Assembly: GCA_043810615.1 (NCBI GenBank)
Contig: JBDROA010000092.1
Coordinates: 3,235 to 67,234, forward strand
DNA length: 64,000 bases
From: Actinomycetota bacterium
GTDB taxonomy: Bacteria; Actinomycetota; Acidimicrobiia; Spongiisociales; UBA11373
Reading direction: 5' to 3'
The notes beneath the pieces are model-generated. The model saw only the letters and a list, made by a program, of their open reading frames with translations, was not told where the DNA came from and searched no databases. Positions 29,791 to 40,817 of the stretch are shown here, piece by piece; positions within the stretch are counted from its first letter, which is position 1; each line of letters begins with the position of its first letter. The position numbers and the translations under genes are program-made.

Positions 29791-30582
29791 ATGAGAGCCT
29801 CGGCTCCTTCACCAGCCGCCCCGGGCAACGTCGTCTGTGACCTGGACGGGGTCGTCTACCTCGCCGAGACCGGGATTCCCGGAGCCGGGGAGGCCCTGAC
29901 CGCCCTGGAGGGCCGCGGCTACCGGCTGATCTTCGCCACCAACGCCCCCATGCGCACTGCCGCCCAGGTCGCCGAGCACATCGGGGCGGCGACCGGCTAT
30001 CCCGCCCGGGCGGAGCAGGTGATCAACGCCGCCATGGCGGCCGCGGCCCTGCTGGCGCCGGCCGACGGCCCGGTGCTGGTGGTGGGCGAAGGGGGCCTGG
30101 GCCCCACCCTGGAGCAGGCCGGGCTCGAGCTCACCGACGACCCCGATCGGGCCCGCACGGTGGTGGTGGGCCTGGATCGCAAGCTGACCTACGACCACCT
30201 GCGGGCGGCGACCCGCGCGGTGCTGGGCGGCGCCCGCCTCGTGGCCTGCAACCGCGACGCCACCTACCCCACCGAGTCGGGGCTCTGGCCTGGCGGCGGG
30301 GCCATCGTGGCCGCCATCGAGACTGCCACGGGCCGCACGGCCGAGGTGGCGGGGAAACCCTGCCCACCCATGACGTCCTTGATCCGCCGGGCGCTGGGGC
30401 CCGGCCCCACCTGGGTAGTGGGCGACCGGCCGGAGACGGACCTGGCCCTGGGAAGGGACGAGGGTTGGGCCACGGTGCTGGTGCTCAGTGGTGTCGTATC
30501 CGACCCGCGCCGCGTGCCGGACGGCCTTCGCCCCGACCTGGTGCTCCCCAGCCTCGCCGCTCTGCCGGCCCTCCTGCCCTGA
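29791..30582 (+). CDS. HAD-superfamily subfamily IIA hydrolase (NagD-like sugar phosphatase)
   Basis: DLDGVVY motif I, ...ATN..., GKP motif, VGD C-terminal motif; 263 aa. Confidence 0.8.
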   Translation: MRASAPSPAAPGNVVCDLDGVVYLAETGIPGAGEALTALEGRGYRLIFATNAPMRTAAQVAEHIGAATGYPARAEQVINAAMAAAALLAPADGPVLVVGEGGLGPTLEQAGLELTDDPDRARTVVVGLDRKLTYDHLRAATRAVLGGARLVACNRDATYPTESGLWPGGGAIVAAIETATGRTAEVAGKPCPPMTSLIRRALGPGPTWVVGDRPETDLALGRDEGWATVLVLSGVVSDPRRVPDGLRPDLVLPSLAALPALLP

Positions 30583-31329
30583 TCAGACGGCGCCGGGGCG
30601 GGCCGCGCTCCGGGGGTGGGGCTCCATGGCGTTCCCCAGCAGACGGCGCCGGAAGGGGAAGGCCACCAGCATCCCGAAGAGGAACCCGGCCACGTGTGCC
30701 TCCCAGGCGATCCCGTTAGCGTCGCCGACCAGGAGGAACTGGCTCAGGAACCAAAGGCCCAGGAAGAAGACGGCGGGGATGGCGACGATGCGAAAGAGGA
30801 TCAGCGTCAGCACGAGGTGCCGGGGGAAGAGCACCAGGTAGGCTCCCATGACCCCGGCGATCGCTCCGCTGGCCCCCACCAGCGGCACCGTGGTCTCCGG
30901 GTTGGCCCACACGAAGCCGGCGGTGGCGGCCACCCCGGAAGCGGCGTAGAGCAGCAAGTACCCGGGCCCGCCGAAGGCCTCCTCGACGTTGTTGCCGAAG
31001 ATCCACAGACTCCACATGTTGAAGAGCAGGTGGAGGATGCCGCCGTGGAGAAACATCGACATCACCACGGACAGCCAGACGTTCTTCGCCGGGAACACGG
31101 GGCGGGAGGGCTCGTCCTCGCAGAACCCCTCGAGGATCTCGTCGCGGTCGAGCGGGTCGCCGGTGGTGATCTCGCAGGCGATGGCGGCCCGCTCGTAGAG
31201 GAACTCGACCTCCTCCGTGCTGCCCGATGGGGGCTGCACGGCGGAGTACACCAGCACGCACGCGGCGATCAGTCCCCAGGTGAGGAAGGGGCGGGCGCGG
31301 GTGGGGTTGATGTCGCGGATCGGCAGCAA
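30583..31329 (-). CDS. Rhomboid family intramembrane serine protease
   Basis: 6-7 TM helices, GASGAIAG catalytic Ser motif, HxxxN; 248 aa. Convergent with the HAD gene with no gap. Confidence 0.85.
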   Translation of the reverse strand: MLPIRDINPTRARPFLTWGLIAACVLVYSAVQPPSGSTEEVEFLYERAAIACEITTGDPLDRDEILEGFCEDEPSRPVFPAKNVWLSVVMSMFLHGGILHLLFNMWSLWIFGNNVEEAFGGPGYLLLYAASGVAATAGFVWANPETTVPLVGASGAIAGVMGAYLVLFPRHLVLTLILFRIVAIPAVFFLGLWFLSQFLLVGDANGIAWEAHVAGFLFGMLVAFPFRRRLLGNAMEPHPRSAARPGAV

Positions 31330-31367
31330 AACCGCTTCCTGTCCCTCTGTGGGGGGATAATGCTGTC

Positions 31368-31508
31368 ATGGATACTACGCCGCTCGACTCCATGCTACGG
31401 GCCCTCGAGGACGCCGACCCGGCCGAAGCCCCCGATCTGGCCGACGCCGTCGCCCGCGTCCTCGGGGATTGGCTCGATCCGCTGCGCCATTCCGAGGGGG
31501 CCCGCTGA
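31368..31508 (+). CDS. Small ORF (46 aa) upstream of tlyA, not in the ORF track (below size cut-off)
   Basis: ATG 31368 to TGA 31506-08: MDTTPLDSMLRALEDADPAEAPDLADAVARVLGDWLDPLRHSEGAR. Positionally matches the small conserved ORF preceding tlyA in mycobacteria. Confidence 0.3.
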   Translation: MDTTPLDSMLRALEDADPAEAPDLADAVARVLGDWLDPLRHSEGAR

Positions 31509-32287
31509 CCCGCCGCCGGCTCGACCTCGAACTCGTGCGGCGCGGCCTGGCCTCCACCCGCACCACGGCGCAGCGGCTGATCGCCGCCGGCCGGGTCGTG
31601 GTCCACGGTGTGCCCGAGCCGCGCCCGGCCACTCTGGTCGACCAGCAGGCCGCCGTGTCGGTGACCGACGACGGGCCCCGGTGGGCGAGCCGGGGGGGCG
31701 TGAAGCTGGCCGCGGCTCTCGAGTCTCTCGGAGTGGACTGCGCGGGGCGGCGCTGCCTCGACGTGGGGGCCTCCACCGGGGGGTTCACCGATGTGCTCCT
31801 CGTCCGCGGGGCCGAGACGGTGACCGCGGTTGACGTGGGGTACGGGCAACTGGCGTGGCGGCTGCGCTCCGACCCGCGGGTGGCCGTTTTCGACCGCACC
31901 AACTTCCGCCTGGCCGACCCGGCGGCCCTGGGCGCCCCGTTCGACCTGGTGACCGCCGACGTGTCGTTCATCTCCCTCCGGCTCCTGGCCCCAAACCTGG
32001 CGGCTTGCGGCCGGCCCGGCACGGAGTACGTTGTGCTGGTGAAACCGCAGTTCGAGGTGGGCCGCCGCCAGGTGCGCCGCGGCGGGCTGGTCACCGATTC
32101 GCAAATGCATCGCTTCGCCCTCCAGGGGGTGGCCGACGGCTTCGCCGCCGCCGGCCTGGGCACCAAAGGCGCCCACCCCTCGCCCATCACCGGGGCCACG
32201 GGCAATCGGGAGTTCTTCCTCCATGCCGTGTGGGGCCGCGCGCTGCAGCCGGCCACACCGTCATTCGATGAGGTGGTGCTGTCGTGA
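31469..32287 (+). CDS. tlyA: TlyA-family rRNA 2'-O-methyltransferase (hemolysin A-like)
   Basis: S4-like N-terminus (LDLELVRRGLASTRTTAQRLIAAGRVVVHG) and FtsJ-type MTase (LDVGASTGGFTD). The start could also be the in-frame CTG at 31505. Confidence 0.8.
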   Translation: MARSAAPFRGGPLTRRRLDLELVRRGLASTRTTAQRLIAAGRVVVHGVPEPRPATLVDQQAAVSVTDDGPRWASRGGVKLAAALESLGVDCAGRRCLDVGASTGGFTDVLLVRGAETVTAVDVGYGQLAWRLRSDPRVAVFDRTNFRLADPAALGAPFDLVTADVSFISLRLLAPNLAACGRPGTEYVVLVKPQFEVGRRQVRRGGLVTDSQMHRFALQGVADGFAAAGLGTKGAHPSPITGATGNREFFLHAVWGRALQPATPSFDEVVLS

Positions 32288-33117
32288 GGCTGGCGTTGGT
32301 GGTCCATCCCGACCGGGAGAGCGCCGCGGCCCTCGCCGCCGACCTGGTGGCCCGGGCTGCGCGGCGGGGTATCGAGGTGTCGGCCCTCTCCCACGACGCT
32401 CGCCGTGTGCCCGGCACCGTTCTGCGCCCCGCGGACACCCCGCTGCGGGCCGACGTGGTGGTGGCCGTGGGAGGAGACGGCACCATGCTCGAGGCGGTGC
32501 GGGTAGCGCTGGACGCCGACTTGCCCGTCCTCGGGGTGAACGCCGGGCACGTCGGGTTCTTGACTCGCGTAGAGCCCGGCCGCATCGACGTCGCCCTCGA
32601 CGCGCTGGCGGCAGGCGGCTGGGCCGAATCGCGGCGCATGACCCTGTGCGCCCGCGTCCAAGGCCGTCCGGATGCGGTTGGCCTCAACGACGTGGTGGTG
32701 GAGAAGGCAGTCAGCCAGCACGTGGTGAAGATCTCGGTGGTGGTGGGGGCCGAGCGCCTGGTGTCGTACCGGGCCGACGGGGTGGTAGTGGCCACACCCA
32801 CCGGTTCCACCGCCTACACGTTCTCGGCGGGGGGCCCTCTGGTGGACCCCGAATTGGAGGCTCTGGTGGTCACGGCCGTGGCCCCGCACAACCTGTTCGC
32901 CCGCCCCATCGTCTTTCGCCCCGACGTCGGCCTCCGGCTCACGGTCGACGACGACCGCCCAGCGCGGGTGAACGTGGACGGCCGCACGCTGGCCGTTCTC
33001 GCCCCCGGCGAGGAGGTCGCGGTGTCCCGGGGGGAAAGGGCGGCTCGTTTCGTGGAGTTGTGGCCGCGCCACTTCGCCGTATCGGTGCGTGAGCGGTTTC
33101 ACCTGCACGATGCTTGA
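32284..33117 (+). CDS. ppnK: NAD(+) kinase
   Basis: VVAVGGDGTML, NAGHVGFL motifs. ATGA-type overlap with tlyA. Confidence 0.85.
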   Translation: MRLALVVHPDRESAAALAADLVARAARRGIEVSALSHDARRVPGTVLRPADTPLRADVVVAVGGDGTMLEAVRVALDADLPVLGVNAGHVGFLTRVEPGRIDVALDALAAGGWAESRRMTLCARVQGRPDAVGLNDVVVEKAVSQHVVKISVVVGAERLVSYRADGVVVATPTGSTAYTFSAGGPLVDPELEALVVTAVAPHNLFARPIVFRPDVGLRLTVDDDRPARVNVDGRTLAVLAPGEEVAVSRGERAARFVELWPRHFAVSVRERFHLHDA

Positions 33118-34729
33118 CGAACTGCTGGTGGAGAACCTGGGCCTCATCGCCCGTGCCCGCCTGGAGCCCGGTGCGGGGCTGGTGGCGGTGACCGGGGAAA
33201 CCGGAGCCGGCAAGACCCTCCTGCTGGGGGCGCTGCGACTGCTTCGGGGCGACACCGCCCGCAGCGACCGCATCGGCCCCGCCGGATCGGAGACCCGGGT
33301 GGAGGGACGCTTCGTGGCCGAAGAAGGGGAGATCGTGGTGGCCCGCCGGGTGGAGGAGGGCCGCTCCCGGGCCTACCTCGACGGGTCCATGGTCCCGTTG
33401 CGGGTGTTGGAAGAGCGCCTGCGCGGGGTCGTCGAGATCGTCGCTCAGCACGAGCACGTGGCCCTGGGCCGCGAGGCGGCGCTGCGCCCCATCGTCGATG
33501 GGGCGCTCGACGAGGCCGGGAGGACGGCTCTGGCGGCCTATGGGGACGCCTGGGAGCGGTGGCAGGCGGTTCGCTCCGATCAGGTTGCATTGGGGGGCGA
33601 CCGGCGGGCGTTGGAGCGCGAACTCGACCTCACCCGGCACCAGGCCCGCGAGATCGCCGGCGCCGGGGTCGTCTCGGGCGAGGACCGGTCCCTGGCCGAG
33701 CAGGTGGAGCGGCTGCGCCACGCCCAGGAGATCGCTGAGGCGCTCTCTGCGGCCCACGCCGTCCTCAGCGCCGACGGCGCCGTCGCCGACTCCCTGGGGG
33801 AGGTGGTGGCCGGGCTGCGGCGGGCGGCCGGGTTCGACGCCGACCTGCAGGAGGCCGCCAGCCGGGCGGCGGCCCTGGCCGAGGAGGCGGCCGATCTGGC
33901 CGCCGACCTGCGACGGCGTGGGGAAGGGGCGGAGCACGACCCCGGGGCCCTCGACACGGCGCAGCAGCGGCTGGCAGTCCTGGCCGACCTGCGCCGGAAG
34001 TACGGGGAGACCCTCGAGGAGGTGCTGGCCTTCGGCGAGGCGGCTCGCCAACGCGCCGAGACCGTGGCGGGTCTGTTGGAGCGGGCCGACTCCCTCGCCA
34101 CCGAGGCGGCGGACGCCGAAGCGATGGTGGCGGCGCGGGGAGCCGAACTCGGTGCGGCGCGCACCGCCGCCGGGGAATGCCTGGCCTCCGCGGCCGAGAG
34201 CCACCTGCGGGAACTGGGCTTCCGCTCGCCGGTGCTCCGGGTGACGGTGGTGCCCGCGGCTCCCGGGCGCAGTGGGGCCGACCGCCTGGAACTGCTCTTC
34301 GCCTCCGACGCCGGACTGGAGCCCGGCCCCGTGGCCCGGGTAGCCAGCGGGGGCGAGCTCAGCCGCCTGGTGCTGGCGGTGCACCTGGCCGCCGGGGTGG
34401 GGGAGGCGCCCGTGGTGGCCTTCGACGAGATAGATGCGGGCATCGGGGGAGCGACTGCTCTGGCCATGGGCGAGAAGCTGGCGGCGTTGGCGGCCGGACG
34501 ACAGGTGCTGGTGGTCACTCACCTGCCTCAGGTGGCGGCCTTCGCCGACACGCATCTGGTGGTCGACCGCGAGGGCAGCCGGGCCACGGTGCGCCGGGTG
34601 GAGGGCGAGGAGCGACTGAGCGAGCTGACCCGGATGCTCGGCGGGCTGCCCGCCAGCGAGCGCGGCCGGGGGCACGCCGCCGAGTTGGTGGAGGCCGCGG
34701 CCGGCCGGCGCGCCGCCGCCGGACGGTGA
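33110..34729 (+). CDS. recN: DNA repair protein RecN
   Basis: MLDELLVENLGLI...VTGETGAGKT Walker A, long coiled coils, C-terminal ABC signature-like LSGGE. ATG 33110 chosen over GTG 33089 by N-terminal homology. Overlaps the ppnK end. Confidence 0.85.
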   Translation: MLDELLVENLGLIARARLEPGAGLVAVTGETGAGKTLLLGALRLLRGDTARSDRIGPAGSETRVEGRFVAEEGEIVVARRVEEGRSRAYLDGSMVPLRVLEERLRGVVEIVAQHEHVALGREAALRPIVDGALDEAGRTALAAYGDAWERWQAVRSDQVALGGDRRALERELDLTRHQAREIAGAGVVSGEDRSLAEQVERLRHAQEIAEALSAAHAVLSADGAVADSLGEVVAGLRRAAGFDADLQEAASRAAALAEEAADLAADLRRRGEGAEHDPGALDTAQQRLAVLADLRRKYGETLEEVLAFGEAARQRAETVAGLLERADSLATEAADAEAMVAARGAELGAARTAAGECLASAAESHLRELGFRSPVLRVTVVPAAPGRSGADRLELLFASDAGLEPGPVARVASGGELSRLVLAVHLAAGVGEAPVVAFDEIDAGIGGATALAMGEKLAALAAGRQVLVVTHLPQVAAFADTHLVVDREGSRATVRRVEGEERLSELTRMLGGLPASERGRGHAAELVEAAAGRRAAAGR

Positions 34730-36436
<1,707 letters not shown>

Positions 36437-36439
36437 GGC

Positions 36440-36988
36440 GTGGTGAGCCCGGGGGGCCTCCCGCTGCTGGGCCGCCGCTTTGTGGCGCGCGGGGCATTCA
36501 TCACCATGGAGCGGAGCTACCACCTGGGCGACGGAGCGGCCTGGACGGCGCGCGACATCGTGCGCCACCCCGGGTCGGTGGCAGTCATCCCCTGGGACGG
36601 GCGGCAGGTCCATCTGACGCGCCAGTACCGCGCCCCGGTGGGTGGGCCGCTGCTCGAGCTGCCGGCGGGCAAGCGCGATGTGCCCGGGGAGGACCCCGTC
36701 GAGACCGCCCGGCGGGAGTGCGTCGAGGAGGTGGGGCTGCGCCCGGGGCGCCTGACGCTGCTCCACGAGGTGTACACCTCTCCCGGGTTCACCGACGAGC
36801 TCACCTGGGTGTTCCTGGCTGAGGACCTCGAGGCCGTGCCCGCTGCCCCTCAGGGGATCGAAGAGACCGTCGCCACTACGGTGGCCCTCTCCCTGGAGGC
36901 GGCTTTCGCCGCACTGACGGAGGGCGGAATCCGTGACGCCAAGACCGTCGTCGGGCTCTACGCCCTGGCGCGGCACCTGGGCCGATGA
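36440..36988 (+). CDS. NUDIX hydrolase (ADP-ribose pyrophosphatase-like)
   Basis: Nudix box GKRDVPGEDPVETARRECVEEVGL. Start uncertain (GTG 36440 or ATG 36507). Same position after pyrG as in mycobacteria. Confidence 0.75.
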   Translation: MVSPGGLPLLGRRFVARGAFITMERSYHLGDGAAWTARDIVRHPGSVAVIPWDGRQVHLTRQYRAPVGGPLLELPAGKRDVPGEDPVETARRECVEEVGLRPGRLTLLHEVYTSPGFTDELTWVFLAEDLEAVPAAPQGIEETVATTVALSLEAAFAALTEGGIRDAKTVVGLYALARHLGR

Positions 36989-37866
36989 GCCTCGAAGATC
37001 GCATTGGGGAGTACCTCGCCGCCCTCCGAGCGGAGCGGGGCCTGGCGGTGGCCACAGTGGCCGCCTACCGGCGTGACCTGCTGCAGTACGCTGCTCACCT
37101 CGCCGGCCGGGAGCCCGACCCGGAAGCAGTGGCCGGCTACGTGACCGCCCTGCACCGGCGCGGGCTGGCCCCGGCAACGGTGGCGCGTCAGGTCGCCGCC
37201 GTCCGCGGGCTCCACCGGTTCCTGGTGGCTGAGGATCTTGCCGCCGCCGACCCCACAGTGTTGCTCGACAGCCCGCGCCGCGGCGCGGCGTTGCCCAAGG
37301 CGCTGCCCGTGGAGGAAGTGATCCGCCTCCTGGAAGCCCCCGATGCGACCACCCCGGACGGGCGGCGCGACCGGGCCCTTCTCGAATTCCTCTACGCCAC
37401 GGGCGCCAGGGTCACCGAGGCGGTGGCCCTGGACCAGTTGGACCTCGACCTCGAGGAAGGGACGGCCCGGCTCACCGGGAAAGGGGACAAGCAGCGGGTG
37501 GTGCCGGTGGGCGCCCCGGCGTGCCGAGCGCTTGCGGCCTATCTGCCCGACCGGCTGGCCTGGCGCCGGCCCGGGCGCGATCCGGGGGCGGTCTTCTTGA
37601 ACCGGCGGGGCGGACGCCTGAGCCGCCAGGGGGCCTGGGGCATCGTGCGCCGCCACGCCGCGCGAGCCGGTTTGGGGCCGGTGGTGGTGTCCCCGCACGT
37701 TCTGCGCCACTCGGCTGCGACCCACATGGTGGAGGGGGGAGCGGACCTGAGAACCGTACAGGAACTGCTCGGCCACGCTAGCATCAGCACCACACAGGTA
37801 TACACCCGAGTATCGCCGCGGCACCTTCTCGAGGTGTACACCGTTTCCCACCCCCGCAGTACCTGA
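36985..37866 (+). CDS. xerD: Tyrosine recombinase XerD (chromosome dimer resolution)
   Basis: N-terminal SAM-like domain. Catalytic R...K...HxxR...Y with LGHASISTTQVYTRV tail; 293 aa. Housekeeping context rather than a phage integrase. Confidence 0.85.
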   Translation: MSLEDRIGEYLAALRAERGLAVATVAAYRRDLLQYAAHLAGREPDPEAVAGYVTALHRRGLAPATVARQVAAVRGLHRFLVAEDLAAADPTVLLDSPRRGAALPKALPVEEVIRLLEAPDATTPDGRRDRALLEFLYATGARVTEAVALDQLDLDLEEGTARLTGKGDKQRVVPVGAPACRALAAYLPDRLAWRRPGRDPGAVFLNRRGGRLSRQGAWGIVRRHAARAGLGPVVVSPHVLRHSAATHMVEGGADLRTVQELLGHASISTTQVYTRVSPRHLLEVYTVSHPRST

Positions 37867-37872
37867 GGCGCA

Positions 37873-38226
37873 ATGACACCTGCAACCTATCCCGAAGCCG
37901 AAGCCGTCCTCCACAGGAGCCGTGCCCGCCTGGTGGAGCGGCTGGCCCAGCTGGGTGCCGAGGAGACCGGGGAGTTGCGGCCCGATGTGGAGTTCGGCGA
38001 CGGCTTCGCCGATGCGGCCTCCGCCACGGCCGAGCGCACCGAGGTCCTCGGCCTGGTGGACTCCCTCAAGAAGAACCTCGACGACGTAGACCTGGCCCTG
38101 CGTAGATTGGGGGAGGGCCGTTACGGCATCTGCCTCGGCTGTGGGCATGAGATCGGGGCCGAGCGCCTCGCCAGCAGGCCGGAATCGACTTACTGCGTCG
38201 GGTGCAAATCCAAACCCGGGTCATGA
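37873..38226 (+). CDS. DksA/TraR-family C4-type zinc finger protein
   Basis: C-terminal [25 protein letters not shown]; 117 aa. Confidence 0.7.
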   Translation: MTPATYPEAEAVLHRSRARLVERLAQLGAEETGELRPDVEFGDGFADAASATAERTEVLGLVDSLKKNLDDVDLALRRLGEGRYGICLGCGHEIGAERLASRPESTYCVGCKSKPGS

Positions 38227-38268
38227 GCCCGTGACGCGGCCGGACCCCGGCCGCAGCGGGGCGGCGGG

Positions 38269-38958
38269 ATGATCTCGGACAACCGGGTCCTCGACGTCGC
38301 CCTGTTTCTTGCCGTCCTGATCCCCAGCGTCATCTTGCACGAAGTCACCCACGGCTGGGTGGCCGAGCGTCTGGGGGACCCCACCGCCCGGCGGACGGGG
38401 CGTATCACCCTGAACCCTATCCGGCATGTGGACCCCTTCGGATCACTGCTCTTCCCGGCGGTGCTCGCGTTTGCCGGGCAGAGCGTGTGGGGCTGGGCGC
38501 GACCGGTCCCGGTGGAGCCTGCCCGCTTCCGCCGGCCCACGCAAGGGATGGCGCTGGTGGCCATCGCCGGGCCGACGAGCAACCTGGTGCTGGCCCTGGT
38601 GGCGGCGCGCCTGGGCCGTCTGGTCGACCTGCGAGCCGCCGGCGGACCGGGAGCCCTGGGCCGCGGAGTGTACTGGGAAGGGTTCGACGTGGGGATCCGC
38701 ACCGGGGCGCTGTGGGGCCGGGTCCTCTTCGCCTTCGTGCTGGTCAACTGCGCCCTGGCCGTCTTCAACATGCTGCCCATCCCCCCGCTCGACGGCAGCC
38801 GCCTGGTCCCTCTGGTCCTCCCGGCACGGGCCCGGGATGCTTTCAATCGGCTGGCTCCCTACGGCTTCATGCTGCTCTTCCTGCTGATCGTGGCATTCCG
38901 CGACGCCCTAGCGTTCGTGGGCACTGCCGTGGGCTGGCTCATGCGGGTGGTGGTGTGA
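38269..38958 (+). CDS. Site-2 protease family (M50) membrane zinc metalloprotease
   Basis: HEVTHG (HExxH) in a TM helix, multiple TM segments, LDGSRL motif near the C-terminus. Confidence 0.8.
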   Translation: MISDNRVLDVALFLAVLIPSVILHEVTHGWVAERLGDPTARRTGRITLNPIRHVDPFGSLLFPAVLAFAGQSVWGWARPVPVEPARFRRPTQGMALVAIAGPTSNLVLALVAARLGRLVDLRAAGGPGALGRGVYWEGFDVGIRTGALWGRVLFAFVLVNCALAVFNMLPIPPLDGSRLVPLVLPARARDAFNRLAPYGFMLLFLLIVAFRDALAFVGTAVGWLMRVVV

Positions 38959-39434
38959 GCGCCGGCTTGCGGCACCTGGCGCGGCGCTTCTTCGGGGTGC
39001 TCGGCGCGGCGCGGCTGAGCCCGGCGGAGCAGGTCGAAGTCTCCCGACTGCTGCGGCCGCCGGAGCGGGATCTGTTCTGGGGCCAGCGCCCTGCCGACCA
39101 GCGGCATGGCCTGGAGTGCGCCCGGACGGCGCTGGGGCGTTGCCCCGGTCGGCCCGACCTGGCCCGCGCCGCCCTGCTCCACGATGTCGGCAAGCGGCTC
39201 GCCGGGCTGGGTGTCGCGGGGCGCACGATGGCCGCCATCCTGGGAGCCCTCCGGCTCCCGGTCAAGGGCCGTGTCGCGGCCTACCTGGGTCACGGCCCGG
39301 CCGGCGCCGCCGACCTGGAGGCAGCCGGAGCCGAAGCGGTGGTGGTGGGCTTCGCCCGGCACCATCACGGTTCGTGCCCCGACGACATCCCGGCCGCCGA
39401 CTGGGAAGAGCTGTGTCGCGCCGACTACGCCTGA
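38955..39434 (+). CDS. HD-domain phosphohydrolase-like protein
   Basis: GTGA overlap with the protease gene. H..LLHDVGK HD motif; 159 aa. Confidence 0.6.
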   Translation: MSAGLRHLARRFFGVLGAARLSPAEQVEVSRLLRPPERDLFWGQRPADQRHGLECARTALGRCPGRPDLARAALLHDVGKRLAGLGVAGRTMAAILGALRLPVKGRVAAYLGHGPAGAADLEAAGAEAVVVGFARHHHGSCPDDIPAADWEELCRADYA

Positions 39435-39444
39435 AAGACGGGTC

Positions 39445-40239
39445 ATGGCACGGCGGCGGCAATACGATGACTGCCGCGCCATGAGCTACCAGGTCACCAC
39501 CCCGGTCTTCGAGGGCCCCCTCGACCTCCTCCTGCGCCTCATCAACGAGAGGCAGGTGGAGATCACCGCGGTCAGCCTTGTGGGGCTCGTGGACGAGTAC
39601 GTGGCGCACCTGGGCCAGATGCGCCGCCTCGACCTCGAGGTGACCTCGGAGTTCTTGCTGATCGCCGCCACGCTGATCCAACTGAAGGCTCGCCGCCTCC
39701 TTCCCGGCGCCGCCCCGGTGGACCCCGACGAGGAACTGGCCCTGGCCGAGGAGCGCGACCGGCTCCTGAGCCGCCTGCTCGCCTGCCTCACTTTCAAGGA
39801 TGTGGCGGCCGTGCTGGCCCACCGCATGGAGGCGACGGCCCGCCTGATGGGCCGCTACGGCGGCATCGACCCGAGCATCATCCCCCTCCCTTCCCTGGTG
39901 CGGCTGCCCTGCGATGCCGCCGGCTTCGCCCGGCTGGCCGGGCGCCTCCTGACCCGGCCTCAGGAGCCCGACCTCGACCACTTGGACCTCGACCTGCCCT
40001 CGGTGGCCGTCGCCATCGAGGAGGTGCGGGCCCGGCTGGCCGCCGAGATGCAGACGGACTTCGAACTTCTCACCCGCGGCCTGCGGCGCCCGGTCGAGGT
40101 CGTGGCCTACTTCCTCGCGGTCCTGGAACTGGTGCGCTGGGGTCTGGTGGAAGCCACCCAGGAGCACGCCGGCATGCCCATCCTCCTGCGGCACCGCCGC
40201 GAGGCCGAGGCGGGACTGGTGAGCGAGTGGCAGAAGTAA
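39445..40239 (+). CDS. scpA: Segregation and condensation protein A
   Basis: FEGPLDLLLRLINERQVEITAVSLV is the ScpA N-terminal signature. Alternative start ATG 39481. Confidence 0.8.
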   Translation: MARRRQYDDCRAMSYQVTTPVFEGPLDLLLRLINERQVEITAVSLVGLVDEYVAHLGQMRRLDLEVTSEFLLIAATLIQLKARRLLPGAAPVDPDEELALAEERDRLLSRLLACLTFKDVAAVLAHRMEATARLMGRYGGIDPSIIPLPSLVRLPCDAAGFARLAGRLLTRPQEPDLDHLDLDLPSVAVAIEEVRARLAAEMQTDFELLTRGLRRPVEVVAYFLAVLELVRWGLVEATQEHAGMPILLRHRREAEAGLVSEWQK

Positions 40240-40817
40240 CGGACCTGCTGGCGGCGCTTGAAGCCATCCTCTTCGTGGCCGAGGAGCCGATCCCTGTGGG
40301 GGAGATCGCCGAGGTGCTGGAGGTTCCTGCCACCGTCGTCCAGGAGGCTCTGGCCGTGCTGACCGAGCGGCTGGCGGAGCGCGACTCGGGACTCGTGGTG
40401 CGGGAGGTGGGGAGCGGCTGGCGGCTCTACACCCGGGCCGATGTGCACCCGTACCTGGAGAGGTTCGCCGCGGGCGCCACCGCGGCACGGCTCAGTCGAG
40501 CCGCCCTCGAGACGCTGGCCGTGGTGGCTTACCGCCAGCCCGTCTCGCGCGGCCAGGTGTCCGAGATCCGCGGGGTCGATTCGGATCACGCTCTACGGAC
40601 GCTGGAGCGCCGCGCGCTCATCGATGTGGTGGGCCGGGCCGCGGGCTCGGGCGCCGCCGTCCTGTACGGCACCACCGACCTGTTCCTGGAGAAACTGGGA
40701 CTGCGCTCCCGCGACGAACTGCCCCCCCTGGCCGACCACGTTCCCCCGGCCGGGGTGGTGGCCCGCCTGGAGGAGCCCTTCCGCCCGGAGGAGCCATCGA
40801 GCGACTCCAGCGACTGA
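40227..40817 (+). CDS. scpB: Segregation and condensation protein B
   Basis: LEAILFVAEEPIPVGEIAEVL ... two wHTH repeats. GTG start overlapping the scpA end. Confidence 0.85.
   Translation: MAEVTDLLAALEAILFVAEEPIPVGEIAEVLEVPATVVQEALAVLTERLAERDSGLVVREVGSGWRLYTRADVHPYLERFAAGATAARLSRAALETLAVVAYRQPVSRGQVSEIRGVDSDHALRTLERRALIDVVGRAAGSGAAVLYGTTDLFLEKLGLRSRDELPPLADHVPPAGVVARLEEPFRPEEPSSDSSD

Noticed and set aside
36985-37866. xerD considered as a marker of an integrated mobile element
   Set aside because: It is embedded in the conserved pyrG-NUDIX-xerD-scpAB housekeeping block. It has the XerD-type C-terminus and no flanking phage or IS genes, and there is no composition shift.
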